This document shows positions 12,762-25,226 of a DNA stretch of 64,000 nt, one piece after another. This DNA comes from Macrostomum lignano. Taxonomy: Eukaryota. Each line of letters begins with the position of its first letter. Position 1 is the stretch's first letter. The stretch is from positions 1 to 64,000 of the forward strand of contig NIVC01000018.1 in the NCBI GenBank assembly GCA_002269645.1, given 5' to 3'. The notes beneath the pieces are model-generated. The model searched no databases, had not been told where the DNA came from, and saw only the letters and a program-made list of their open reading frames with translations. The translations under genes and the position numbers were made by a program.

Positions 12762-12865
12762 AGCTACTTTTCCTATTTGCACTCCGAATAGGAGAATTAA
12801 TTCAAGCTCAAAATCAACTTGAGAATAAACTCATGGCAGCCAGGCTAGCTGTCTTCACTGTCCTT

Positions 12866-12962
12866 TAAATTTGCCATAAACGATTAATTATCTCTACAAC
12901 CCTTTCATTTAGAAAGCAACTAAATTTGCCATAGACGATTGATTATCTCTACAACCCTTTCA
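12866..12962. repeat. Two 42-bp direct repeats (period 55) upstream of the Crypton gene
   Basis: taaatttgccata(a/g)acgatt(a/g)attatctctacaaccctttca at 12866-12907 and 12921-12962. Confidence 0.85.
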
Positions 12963-13057
12963 AAGCGCATTCCGGCAACAATCGCATTTCATACTCAGCA
13001 TCCGCACTATGTCTGGGCCATAGACAAGGGAAGTCAAAAGGGTACAATAATGACATG

Positions 13058-13146
13058 TACCGATTTTTTTCGGCAGCAATTGCGTAAGCTGAAGCCGCGT
13101 AGCGGCTGAAGCTTAGTAGAGCAATTGCTGCCGAAAAAAATCGGTA
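13058..13146. repeat. 89-bp palindrome, candidate Crypton terminus
   Basis: Perfect 26-bp inverted repeat 13058-13083 / 13121-13146 enclosing an agccgc-GTA-gcggct stem-loop. Confidence 0.85.
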
Positions 13147-13544
13147 TATATCGTTACATTGTCGCCGCCTGGGACAGCACCTAACGGCATCATGTCTGGC
13201 GTATGGCTTGCATGAGTTTAGAATTCGACTCATCGATATGTTGATTGACTGTTAACTGCATCACTTCGGTCCACTGCGACCGTCGCCTGAAAAAGAAAAA
13301 AACTTCAAAAAACCTTTATGATCGAATCTAGTGCTCATCCTAAATTGTGCTCCAATTCAAACTGAGTCGTAGCAGAATCAGTAACTGTTCATTTGAAATT
13401 CTGTCACGGACAGGACTTGTTTTCTCTATGGCCGCCCAGACTGTTATAATTGCGCATCCCGCTGTTTTGTTTGTGTGCCTACGGCAGATGAAAAGTATAT
13501 AACCTTCGTTTCTCGCTCGCTCGGCCGTTAGACGAGCCGCCACA

Positions 13545-16260
13545 TTAGTGAGCCCGACTTTTCTCAAATTGTGTGATTTGAGAATGCCAGAGCACACAGC
13601 AACCAGCGCTATCACAGTTGACGCAGCTGCCGACGTCACAGAACATGAACCTGTCATCGCTACTGGCATCAGCACAGCAGCCAGCGCTTTTAACGATGCG
13701 AGCGGCAACACAACTGTCAGCGCAGTAGCGCTCAAGCTGCCTCCATGCATTTTGGGACTTCCAGCCCCGAGCATGGTTTATCCTAGCCGAGGCTCAGTCC
13801 ACACTCGGGGGCGTCACGCAGGACGCAACCAAATACTACTATCTAGTCGCAGCGCTAGACCAACAGTCCGCAGAACGTTTCTTCGATGTTCTCGAGAACC
13901 CCCCCCCCCCTACTGAAGACAAGTACGGGCAGGGCAGTTGAAGGCTCGCCTGCTTGTTGGCACTTTCGGTTTATAGAGGCAACAAAAGGCCAATCGATTG
14001 CTCAGCATAACCGGCCCCGGTGATCATCGTCTGTCTGAGCTAATGGACGAAATGTTGGCGTTGCTGGGTGACCACTCACCCTGCATACTTTTTGAAAAAT
14101 TGTTCCGTCAGCAGCTACATGTACCGGCCAACATCCGTACGGCGTTGGTCTCCGCGGATTGCAAGAAACCCCGATCGGCGGCACTACTCGCCGACAAGCT
14201 TTAGGCCAGTCGACCTCAGCCAGCGATGGCGGTGATTCAGCAGCCCGACCAGCCTATGGTCGCGGTCGTCCATGAGAGTCTTGTCAACCGTTTTGACAGG
14301 GGTCAGCCACCACAGCGCCACTCTGAGGAAGCCAGTGGTCTTTGCTTTTTACTTTTTCGGCAGGAAGGCCAGGCGATGCTAAGCCCCGTGTAGGTTTCAG
14401 GGAAATGGGCAGGCCGGCCTCAGTAAACAGCTTGGCGGCCGGCAGCAGCAGTCTACTCCTCGTCCCAGATTTTCAGACAGGCCGGCGTTTTCTTGTTGAC
14501 ACCGGTGCCGAAGTTGGCATCTTTCCGATCACCGGAGCAGATGCCCGAATGCTGCGCCAAGGCCCATCGCTCTACGCCGTCAACGGTAGTCAAATCCGAA
14601 CTTTTGGCACCCGTCAGCTCACTCTGGACCTAGGCATCCGGCGTTGCTCTCGGCCATTCATTCTGGCTGCGGTTCAGCAACCACTGATCGGCATGGATTT
14701 TCTCCGGCATCATGGCCTGCTGGTGGACCTTCCGCATCGGCGTCTGCTCGATGCTCACTCGCTTTCCAGCGTGCACCTAATTGACAGCATGGGGCCGGGC
14801 CTGCAGCTCGCTGGACAAGTTAGCAGTGGCCAAGGAGGAGTTCCGACTCTTGAAGCAGCTCGGCATCGTGCGCCGGTCCAACAGCCCGTGGTCAGCGCCG
14901 CTTCACATGGTGCCCAGCAGCCCAAGGCCTCGGGCAGCTGCATGGCGACCCTGTGGCGATTTTAGGCGGCTTAATGACATCACCGTTCCTGGCCGCTACC
15001 CGGTGCCGCATATCCAGGATTTTTTATCGCAACTGGCCGCTTGTCCAATTTTCTCAAATATTGCATTGTGCGCGGTTACCACCAGGTGCCAGTGATGGCG
15101 GCAGATGTGCCCAAGACCGCCGTCGTCACCCCGTTTGACTTTTTGAATTCCTGCGAATGGCATTCTGTTTGAAAAACGAGGCCCAGGCTTTTCAGCGCCT
15201 GGTGGACTCTATCTGCCAGGATCTGGATTTCGTTTTCGCTTATATAGACGATTTCCTGGTGGCCAGCAGCAATCCACCTGCTGTTCCAGCGACTCTCCAG
15301 CAGCGGCCTCCTAATCAATCAGGCAAAGTGTCAGTTCGGCCGCAGAGAGATCGACTTAACTGAATCACTGAGAATCAACACTCAGGGAGCTGTGCCGCTG
15401 CCTGCCAAGGTCGAGGCCATCGCTCGTTTTTCACCACCCTCCACGTCAAGGGCCTGCAGGATTCCGTCGGCATGGTGAATTTCTACCACCGGTTTGTGCC
15501 GCGGGCTGCACAGCTGTTGCGACCCATCCACGCAGCCACCGCCGGCAAAAACAAGCTTGTCTACTGGACACCCGAATTGACGACCGCCTATTATTAATGC
15601 TAAGCAGGCGTTGGCAGGCACTGCCATATTGGCACACCCGCTGACCCATGCGCCCATTGGCCTCACCGTGGATGCATCTGATTTCGCCGTCGGAGCTGCA
15701 TTGGAGCAACGGGTGGGCAACGCTTGGAAGCCCCTTGCTTTCTTCAGCCGGCAACTACGCACCCCCGAACAGAAGTACAGCGCTTTCGACCACGTGCTGC
15801 TCGTCCTATACTTGGCGGTCCGGCATTTTCGCTACTTCCTAGAAGGCCGAGTTTTCACCGTCCACTGACCATAAGCCGCTGGTCGCCGCCATGTCGAAAA
15901 TGTCGGATCCTTGCTCAGCAAGGCAGCAGCACCACCTGGCTTATGTGTCCGAATTCACCACGAATATCCAACATGTGGCAGGCAAGGACAACGCAGCAGT
16001 GGACGTGCACGGTGGGTTCTGTTCAGCCCCAGTTCCTCCCTGGTGTTGATTTCATGGGAATGGCCAAGGTGCAGCAGGCGGATCCAGCGAACCAGACCAG
16101 CAGCAGCCTCCGGCTAGCGCAGGTGCAATTCGGTCCCAGGTTGGATTTGTTGTGCGACACCTCCACCGGCCGACCGTGCCTTTTCGTTCCGCCGGATTTT
16201 CACCGTACCGTATTTGATGCCATTCACGGCCTCTCGCACCCGTCCGTCCGCAGCACGGCA
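13545..16260 (+). mobile_element. Decayed Gypsy LTR retrotransposon, CsRn1-like (gag-PR-RT-RNaseH-partial IN), multiple frameshifts, 3' truncated
   Basis: PBS-like tagtgagcccgac (13546-13558, resembling the Trp PBS tggtgaccccgac) follows ...gccaca. Gag KLPP(F)WDFQPRAWF..AEAQ..TKYYYLV across a frameshift; CHCC-type knuckle LCFYFFGRKARRC.APC. PR FLVDTGA; RT WRPCGDFRRLN and YIDDFLV; RNase H LTVDASDFAVGAALEQ; IN zinc finger IHGLSHP. Confidence 0.88.
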
Positions 16261-17145
16261 ATCATCAGACTGTCGGATAGCTGGATGTTCCGCTATCCGG
16301 ACATGTCCCTTATCCCTGCCGGGCAGTTGCGCATTCAGATCTTCGAAGTTTCGAATCCGACACCATCCGTCCACCGCCTCTGGAGAAGCGTAAGCCGGTA
16401 AGCGGGAGCTCTGCGTGGCGCAAGCGCCCAGGAAAAGGAGCCCAGTGTGTCACGACCCCTCCGAGGACATGGACCCCATCAAGGGGGAAAGCCTGAAAGC
16501 TGTAGCAACAGGCGGACGTCGGAAGGCTCGGAAACCCGCCCGGAACACTATCCGCTCTGGTCTGACTAACCGCAAACCGTCTGACTAACCGCAAACCGTC
16601 TCACTAACCGTCAAGGTCAACAACCGCAGCAAACCCCAGCCCAGTGTCATCATTGCGGCCCCCTGGTGTTATGATTTCGGATATCCGTGTCTTGCGTTAT
16701 CCGCACAAGTACTATCTGCATGATCTCCACCCGCACATTGCAAGTGCTTTCTGATCTCCCCTGGATATTTCAAGCGTCTTAAAGTATCCAGTCCGGGTAT
16801 CTCAGGCTGTTCTGCGTTCTCCGGGGTACTTGCGGTCCCTCGGAAGTCACCAGAAGGTTCAAATATCCGGCCAAGAAGGTAAGGTTTGCTTTGCAATACG
16901 AGCTATCCGGATTGACGTGATTTCCGGGTCAACGCGAACGAACGATTTGTCAGTTAAAAATTTTCAAAGCAAAGAAACACAATGTACGGGTAAGTACCGA
17001 ATTGGCAAAAATGAAGACACAATTATTGTATTTATTTTTTCATTAACAGAAAATACTGCTTCTCACAACCACGTTCAGCCAATAAGATAGCTATTAGCTC
17101 GTGTTGGTGGGCAGCATAAGTCAAAAGACTTTGCGTGGATAAAGA

Positions 17146-17700
17146 TCAATTAGTTAAAGTGACAAAATATTGGGGAAGCACTTCGACTATGCCAGCGAAT
17201 AGACGTTTTCGTCCCACGCATCTGCGCACTGAGTACGTACAGTCGCTCCAAGTGGACAGAAGTTTTCCACCTTTTCGATCGTCGCAACGGTAATTGCGAA
17301 GTCTAACAAGCATGCCATGTTTGATTGTCTCCACTTCTTTGGCAATCCTCGCGTGACGTTCCCGCATTTGGTGCTGGGCAATTTTGATTCTGAAAAAACA
17401 GCACTGAAAGGCTAATCCAGAGTCGTCGAATCGCGTATGCTGTTGTAAGCCAGTTGGATTGCGTCCAGGTGCCGATCCCTGCAGTTAATGTCAGTTGGGG
17501 AGTTGCAACCCTTGCGAAGCAGGCTCAGGCACGTTTGGTTTAGCTTCTCAGTTTGTCCATTCGTCGGAGGATGGTAAGCACTCGTTAGTCGCCTTTCCGT
17601 ACCACCCTCCTTTAGCAAAGCCTCGATGAGCCTTTGCAAAGCCTTCTGCAAAGTTGCAGAATTCCCTGCCTTGGTCACTCAGAAGAATGCGAGGCCAGCC
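17146..17700 (-). mobile_element. Fragment of a second Gypsy-type integrase
   Basis: LTSAYHPPTNGQTEKLNQT...IQLAYNS is an rve integrase core signature; broken by stops and frameshifts. Confidence 0.7.
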
Positions 17701-19717
17701 AAAAAGGCCAAATAGGCGCGCTTTTCAGTTCTCGAGCGATCGTGTCGGGTCGTACATTTGATATCGGACGAAAGATAGCAAATTTTGTAAAGTTGCAACT
17801 TATAGTCAGGATATAACGAGCTCCCCTCTCAGTTCTGGTCGGCATTGTAACGCAATCTATAAGCAGAGGAAGCCGAACAATCGTTGAGCGTCAGTAGGCC
17901 ACCTCAGTAGGCCACCTCAATCGGATGTAGCGATCGTATTTCACACTGTTTGCTGGTGAACTTCTTGTTCATCCTCGATCCTCTAACATCTATTGCACGA
18001 CTCTATTACCTACGCTACAATTGTGGTATCGCTGTAGAATCGCGCGGTAAAGAGGCCAATGGTGTTCTTTTTTTCCATGTGACATGAATCGACGTCCAGT
18101 GTTTTGATCTTTTCCCTGACTTCATTCTCCGTAAAGAGCACACACCACTGCTGCTCTGGGCGCCTTTTCTTGCTACTTTTAGAAAGCCACCAAGATAGCT
18201 TTAGGATAGCTCCAGAGGTATTCACAGGAGCTATTCGTGTTCACCTATCTGATAGGCAGGATGCCTCTGCCTACAAGACAATACTTCTCATCATACACTT
18301 CTGCCTTAAATTCAGCACAGAAAAGCAACAAGCAAAAGTTCAAATCCTATCCAGCTACTGAACAAAGGATCAGACCGCACTAAGTACACCCGATAAGAGA
18401 AGGCCTCTCTGCACCCAACCAGTCTGAGTACCAAGCTGCCGTGGTGACCAGGAATCCCGCAGTGACTGAGACAACCAGACAGGGGTGCTGCTGCTGCTTT
18501 TAGGTGATGTAGTTCTAGGGCGCTTCACCGACGGTAACATGCAAGACGCGTCTCTGGCGCGCATCCGGAAGCGTTTTCGGACGCTTTAATCCCGCCTATG
18601 CCCTAAGCAACCGCAACTCCAAAGGAACAGTATAACAGAAAGCTCAAGGTTTTCAAAGCAACGGTGGCAAATTAACGCACGGATGCACTTGGTATATTTC
18701 CTCCTCGAGGCGGCGGAACGCGGCACAGGAGTGACGGGGGACGGAGGTTACATAGATGACGTAACGCAGAGATAATATTGCAGGAAGGCCCAATAAATAG
18801 TCGGGCCGCCCGGGGTGCAGGACAGAAAGTTAGATCGCAAACACAAAGGGCTTAGAGCAGACATCTAATTCCCAAGGACCACTAGGAATACTTCACTATA
18901 AATCTAGTCTAGTAGTCCTTGCTAATTCACAATTGCCAAAACTGCACAAGGATCGATTGAGGGAGGCATATGGGCTCAACCAGTCCCAGCGCCTGAAGAG
19001 ACCAGATAAAACTGCGAGTAGACGAGGAGAGACTAAACGGCTCTGGCCAATCGCAGGGCTGCCCATAGGCTCACAAAAATGGGGGCGCAGGACTGGAGAC
19101 GCCGGGATGAAGCGAAATAGAGCTTGCCCTATTTGGGCAGAGGGGAGATTCGGAGAGGCGACTCACAACAGTGTTAGTCGGAGTGGGGAGTAAGCCGTGC
19201 CGCCTCCCTTACATAGTCTTCCGGCGGCCTATCGGTTATACCCGCGTCGTCAAGTTTTCTGATTGGACGAGCCCGGGATGACTAGCCTGACTCTGATTCG
19301 CAGAGCTCCAGATCCCAAACCCTCTCCACCCGCGCCACCTCTCAGACACGCCAGGGAACTTGATAGGTTGCGGTCATAAATCATAAAAAACAAGATAATA
19401 CATGTACAGTACGTAAGATCTATATAAAAAACGGTCAAAACTGTGAAAAAGCAGACTGAGGATTACTTTTCCAGGCTCTTTAGCACCAAAAGTGTCAGGT
19501 AGGTGGATCGTATGTAAATCAAAATTAGCCCAGACAGGTTGGACCTCCTCCTGACCTGGTAGCAGATTTCGGCTAGAAAAGTCCTTTCCAGCAGAAAACT
19601 TCGGCTAATTTCGTAATCTTGATGCATTTTAAAATGAACTTCGGTTCCAGTTTCGAGTTTTCCAGTTTTTATGCGAACTAGAAGTTCTCCATTATTTTGA
19701 TTGCGAACTCAGCTGAC

Positions 19718-19911
19718 CTGGACTGAAGCTCGCTCGAACAGCTGGGCGAAATTCTCTTCAAGTAGCCGAGCCGAGTCCTCAGCCGACAAGCGGTTGTCAT
19801 CCACTTGTACTGGGAATGATCTGCAGATCAGATCGTGAGCTCCGATGTCCACGTAGGCGTGTGTGTACTCGGGGCTCAGTGGCATGGGCACGGCCATCAC
19901 TGCGCCTCGAT
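19718..19911 (-). CDS. Isolated internal coding exon of an unidentified gene
   Basis: Acceptor ttctcacag (AG 19913-19912) and donor cag|gtcag (GT 19717-19716) enclose a 194-nt open frame, RGAVMAVPMPLSPEYTHAYVDIGAHDLICRSFPVQVDDNRLSAEDSARLLEENFAQLFERASVQ. GC-rich island in AT-richer flanks. Confidence 0.5.
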
Positions 19912-19991
19912 CTGTGAGAAATCCGGATCCAGGAAAAGCAATGTGCAATTACGGACCTTTACGGTGCAAATATGTACATTATTATGTACAT

Positions 19992-20505
19992 CAAGGGTCG
20001 GCAAACTTTTTCAACGTTTCAACGTAAGGGCCAGATATAAAATTTAGCGCATGACTGCGGGCCAGAGAGAGAGGAGAGAAGAGAGGCAATAGAGGAGGAA
20101 AAGGAAGAAAAGAGGAGAGAGAGAGGAGATGAGAGGAGAGTGGAGATGAGAGGGAGAAGAGGGAAGAGAAGGGAGGCGTGGGGAGAGGGGAGAGAGGCAA
20201 GATGAAGTGAGAAAGGTGAGAAGATAGAGGAGAGGGGAGAGAGGGTCGAAGGGGGAGAGGAGGGAAGGGATATGAGAGGGGAGAGGTGGGAGAGGAGAGA
20301 GGAGATAAGAGAGGAGAGTGGAGATGAGAGGAGAGGGAAGAGAAGGGAGGCGTGGGGAGAGGGGAGAGAGGGAAGATGAGGTGAGAAGGGAGAGAAGAAA
20401 GAGAAGAGGGGAGAGAGAATCGAAGGGGGAGAGGAGGGAAGGGATATGAGAGGGGAGAGGTGGGGAGAGGAGAGAGGCGATATGAGAGATGAGAGGGTAG
20501 ATGAG

Positions 20506-20539
<34 letters not shown>

Positions 20540-20667
20540 GGATAGGAGACCCCGGAGGAGCGGAGAGAGGAGGAGAGGAGACCTGAGAAGAGACACAAAC
20601 CTTGAGCGGGCCGGATTGCTATTGTGAAGTTTCAAAGGACCCGAGGGCCGGAGTTTGCCAACCCCTG
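19992..20667. mobile_element. hAT-like MITE filled with a GA-rich low-complexity expansion
   Basis: TIRs caagggtcggcaaact / agtttgccaacccctg. Internal polypurine tract 20060-20590 with an internal duplication. No matching 8-bp TSD seen. Confidence 0.65.
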
Positions 20668-21041
20668 ACCAGAATACATAAGTATGGCTTTGTTCGTGCC
20701 GCCATTACAGAAGACGGGCTTTGTGTAGATATTTTTTCGTCAGCTTGTTAATTTTTGTATACCAGACTTGATTTAATGGCAAACCCATAATTAGAGCTTG
20801 GTCTAGTAATATTTTAACCAAGCTTAATCTACTTGCACAACAGATGATGATTGGTTGGAGACAAATGTACATGTAGGTGTTGGTCAATTACAATCACTTA
20901 CAGCTAATATTTAGTAACACAGCAACTCATTTTGATAATAAAAAATTACGGAAAGACAAAGACAAATGTGGTGAACTTGTGCTCTTTTGAGCACTAGCTA
21001 CACTGTGCGTCACCACCGCTTACTTTAAATGTGAAGGGGTT

Positions 21042-21262
21042 GGGGCCTGGAAAGGGCCTCGTGGTTTCAGAGCGTCGGATTCACGACTGAAAGGTCGGGG
21101 GTTCGATTCTCGACTCACTCGGAACAACTTGTGTCCTTGAGCAGGAAGACACTTAACTCTGCATTGCTTCAGTTCACCCAGCTGTAAAATGGGTGCCAGC
21201 ATTAGCTGGGGTAATTGAGGGTGTGTGGCGACCCCCCAGTCCTTGGACTGAACAGCCGTACT
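21042..21262 (+). mobile_element. Second copy of the tRNA-derived SINE, 3' truncated
   Basis: B box ggttcgattc at 21100-21109; central ~130 bp nearly identical to the reverse complement of 9995-10125. Confidence 0.8.
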
Positions 21263-21441
21263 ACGCAGTTCTTCGCATATCGAGGCAGAATGGCGACACG
21301 GAGCGGAGCGACTTTAAAAGCAGATTTCTGCAAGTAGCTGTCTGTTATTTTTGTTAGTTAGCAAGCTATGAAATTAAGTGGGGCTTCATCTTGTCTGAGC
21401 ACACTATATATTTAGACATAAACTGGCAAAGCAAAAGCACT

Positions 21442-21738
21442 AGTGGGGGCTATTACACCTTTTTACGTTCAATTTTGATCAAAGTCCAGTTCTAAAAAAA
21501 CTGGATTCCTTTAGTGTATTCCTTCATCCATGATTCTAACCGAAGTAAGGTTTAGCCATAGACAAAATTATCCTGTCTGAATTGAAGTTCCGCTAGTTTT
21601 TTTAGAACTGGACTTTGATCAAAATTGAATGTGAAAAGGTTTAGTTGTGCAGACAATGTACTCAGCCCCTCGAGGAATTTTAAAACCCCACGCACTGGAG
21701 GGCTTGAAAAACTCATCGAACAATAGGAAGCCCCCACT
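21442..21738. mobile_element. Small non-autonomous inverted-repeat element
   Basis: Perfect 35-bp inverted repeat 21468-21502 / 21595-21629, plus an outer agtgggggct / agcccccact pair (21442-21451 / 21729-21738). Confidence 0.55.
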
Positions 21739-22733
21739 GGAGGGCGAGCGCAGCGAACATAGAGGTTAATGCCCTGGAGTCCCTACATCGCAACCGATAT
21801 CTAACGGCTAGAGTTAAATCACTATATTATATAGGTGATATTCTGCAATAGGTATACTAAGCAATAGGTTTCGGTGCGTTTATATTGCTCTTGACCTGCT
21901 AGAATCTAACAGCCGTGTCGCTAGTTTTTGGCGCACATTTACATGTCGGAGGGATCCCCTTCCCAAAGTTCGACAAAATAGATGCAATATGTAGCTCGTA
22001 TCTCATACTTCCCATTGGATTGGACAGGTCTGGTGCTGACCTTTAATTACATATATAGTCTTCGAGTTTTTGTGCCCCCCCCCCCCTGAACAATTGTCCT
22101 TGTGCCATTGCCTGGGTAAGGTACATTGCGCTCGCAAAGCATGCCAGTGAAGTATGAGACAGGCCATGCGCAGGCCTATGGGCTCAGGTTTGCGATGCTT
22201 CACGCCGGCCCCAATCAGGGGTACTTGTCAAGGCAGACCCTAGGGCTGCTGGACAGACTGGGATCCGACGCTGGTCACCCTCCGACGCTGGAATGGGCGT
22301 CCGCGCCTTCACGCTGTGTCCCTCCGGGACAGCCCTACAGCGAAGTCAAGTCCAGGTACATCGCAAGTACTCGTAGTTCTTGAAAAATGCTATTCATACT
22401 AATTATTAATACAAACATCATTTGGCCATGACAGTACCAAACCGAGCAAAATATACGATAATTAACCAATGGTTCTTTAACTAAAAATAGTCGTCAAGTT
22501 TGTCTTGATGGTTTTGTCTCGCATAGAGACGCCGAACCGCAGTACCTCTGTGACACTTGTCTCTGCCTGGCTGAAAGCTTGTAACGTGTTAGTGGGCTGG
22601 GTTGGAGGGTAATAGTTGATCAGGAAGGGCTGTGGGTAGCTGTATAGGAAGGCAGGCCTATACCTGTTCCAGTTGATGCTCTGACCGTCTCCCTCGGAGT
22701 GTCCTCTGAGCGAACAGCCAGCGACTCTATTAA

Positions 22734-25226
22734 CAGTAGGAATACCAAGCCATTTTTCCGCCCGTCGAACTACCAAGAGGGGGGGAAAAATTTCCCCCCC
22801 CCCTGACAATTTTTTTGCTGCGCCGGAACGGAGCAACGCAGGCACACGAAATTCAAGAACACGGGCTAACTTTTTGTTGCGCACCTTCTCAAACAAGAAT
22901 CAAGTCGCCAACCCTCCGGACCGTCGAGATATTCGACGATTCTGCCAGAAGGTCGGATTTTTCCCATAAGCGCTAGTGTATTCAGTACATCCCTGTGCGC
23001 CAATCAGCACTGCGCCTCAGTGCAGCCTTGCCAAGTCTCCAAATTTCATCAGCACGTCGACCAAATGTGTCTGCATCAGCTCTGACTTCGTTGGTTACTG
23101 GCCTTCACCGAGACGGAGCTTCTAGACCTTCAACAGGTGGCACCAGGTGACTATGAACACCTTGATGCGAATTTCTCTAGTTTCGCCGATCAAGCCTCGA
23201 CAGTAGGCAAGCCTCAACTGCCAGACACCCTCAGCTAGTCTCCTGAGCATTCCGTCATCATCCCGACGCCGTCGGCTCCTTCAACAGATGACACCAAGTT
23301 ACTATGGACACCTTGATAAGATTTTCTCGAGTTTCACCGATCAAGCCTCGACAGTAGGCAAGCCTCAACTGCTGGACACCTTCAGCTAGTCTCCTAAGCA
23401 TTCCGTCATCATCCCGACGCCGTCGGCTCCTTTAACAGATGACACCAATTTACTATGGACACCTTGATAAGATTTTCTCGAGTTTCGCCGATCAAGCCTC
23501 GACAGTAGGCAAGCCTCAACTGCCAGACACCCTCAGCTAGTCTCCTGAGCATTCCGTCATCATCCCGACGCCGTCGGCTCCTTCAACAGATTACACCAGC
23601 TGACTATGGACATCCTGATAAGAATTTCTCTAGTTTTGCCGATCAAGCCTCGATAGTGGGCAAAAATCAACTGCTGGACATCATCAGCTAGTCAGTCAAG
23701 CATTCAGCCATCACCCCGACGCCGTCGGCACCTTCAACAGGTGGCACCAGGGGAGTAAGGACACCTGAGCGTGATTTTTCATCATGCTCTTAACATTTCT
23801 GAATCATTATAAAATGAAAAAACGGATTGAATTTACTGGCTTCTTATAAGCAAAACCCTTTCTGCATAAAAATTGGGTTCAATATTATAGTTGAATAAAC
23901 TAAACAGCTTTTCGAATAAAATATGTATGTAGCTCGTATGCATAAAAGTATGCGTAATAATAATATAATATACAGCAACATGAGTTCAAGCTTAACTATA
24001 GCAATGTCCGTGCTTTAAAAATTTTTAGAGCTTCAGAAATGTTAAGAGCATGATGAAAAATCACGCTCAGGTGTCCTTACTCCCCTGGTGCCACCTGTTG
24101 AAGGAGCCGACGGCGTCGGGATGATGACGGAAGGCTTGAGAGACTAGCTGAGAATGTCCAGCAGTTGATTTTTGCCCACTGTCGAGGCTTGATCGGCGAA
24201 ACTAGAGAAATCCGCATCAGGGTGTCCTTACTCCCCTGGTGCCACCTGTTGAAGGTGCCGACGGCGTCGGGGTGATGGCTAAATGCTTAGGAGACTAGCT
24301 GAAGGTGTCCGGCAGTTGAGGCTTGCCTACTGTCGAGGCTTGATCGGCGAAACTAGAGAAATTCGCATCAGGGTGTCCATAGTCACCTGATGCCACCTGT
24401 TGAAGGAGCCGACGGTGTCGGGATGATGACGGAATGCTCAGGAGACTAGCTGAGGGTGTCCGGCAGTTGAGGCTTGCCTACTGTCGAGGCTTGATCGGCG
24501 AAACTAGAGAAATTCGCATCAAGGTGTTCATAGCCACCTGGTGTCATCTGTTGAAGGAGTCGACGGCGTCGGGATGATGACGGAATGCTTGAGAGACTAG
24601 CTAACAATGTCCGTCGGTTGAGGTTTGCCCATTATTGAAGCTTGATAAGAAAGACCTGACATAGTTGCAAAAGGACGTCCATAGTCACCTGATGCCACCT
24701 GTTGAAGGAGCCGACGGTGTCGGGATGATGACGGAATGCTCAGGAGACTAGCTGAGGGTGTCTGGCAGTTGAGGCTTGCCTACTGTCGAGGCTTGATCGG
24801 TGAAACTGGAGAAATTCGCATCAAGGTGTTCATAGTCACCTGGTGCCACCTGTTGAAGGTCTAGAAGCTCCGTCTCGGTGAAGGCCAGTAACCAACGAAG
24901 TCAGAGCTGATGCAGACACATTTGGTCGACGTGCTGATGAAATTTGGAGACTTGGCAAGGCTGCACTGAGGCGCAGTGCTGATTGGCGCACAGGGATGTA
25001 CTGAATACACTAGCGCTTATGGGAAAAATCCGACCTTCTGGCAGAATCGTCGAATATCTCGACGGTCCGGAGGGTTGGCGACTTGATTCTTGTTTGAGAA
25101 GGTGCGCAACAAAAAGTTAGCCCGTGTTCTTGAATTTCGTGTGCCTGCGTTGCTCCGTTCCGGCGCAGCAAAAAAAATTGTCAGGGGGGGGGGGGAATTT
25201 TTCCCCCCCTCTTGGTAGTTCTACTG
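22734..25226. mobile_element. Foldback-type non-autonomous DNA transposon with ~1.1-kb inverted arms containing 151-bp tandem repeats, TTAA target duplication
   Basis: TTAA at 22730-22733 and 25227-25230. Termini cagtag(g)aa(c)taccaag. Arm 22734-~23803 is the reverse complement of ~24033-25226 around a ~230-bp AT-rich spacer. Repeat register cctt(c/t)aacag at 23127, 23278, 23429, 23580, 23731 gives period 151; the right arm has one extra unit. Confidence 0.85.

Noticed and set aside
11348-12782. Phage integrase, prophage or DIRS interpretation of the tyrosine recombinases
   Set aside because: Motifs match the eukaryotic DUF3504/Crypton type, one gene has an intron, and no linked DIRS-type RT/RNase H or phage genes are evident.
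13340-13774. Hydrophobic minus-strand ORF resembling a membrane protein
   Set aside because: It is the antisense of the Gypsy gag 5' region and LTR end.
18010-19260. Moderately GC-rich region with short ORFs, possibly a decayed retroelement
   Set aside because: No motif I can recognise with confidence.
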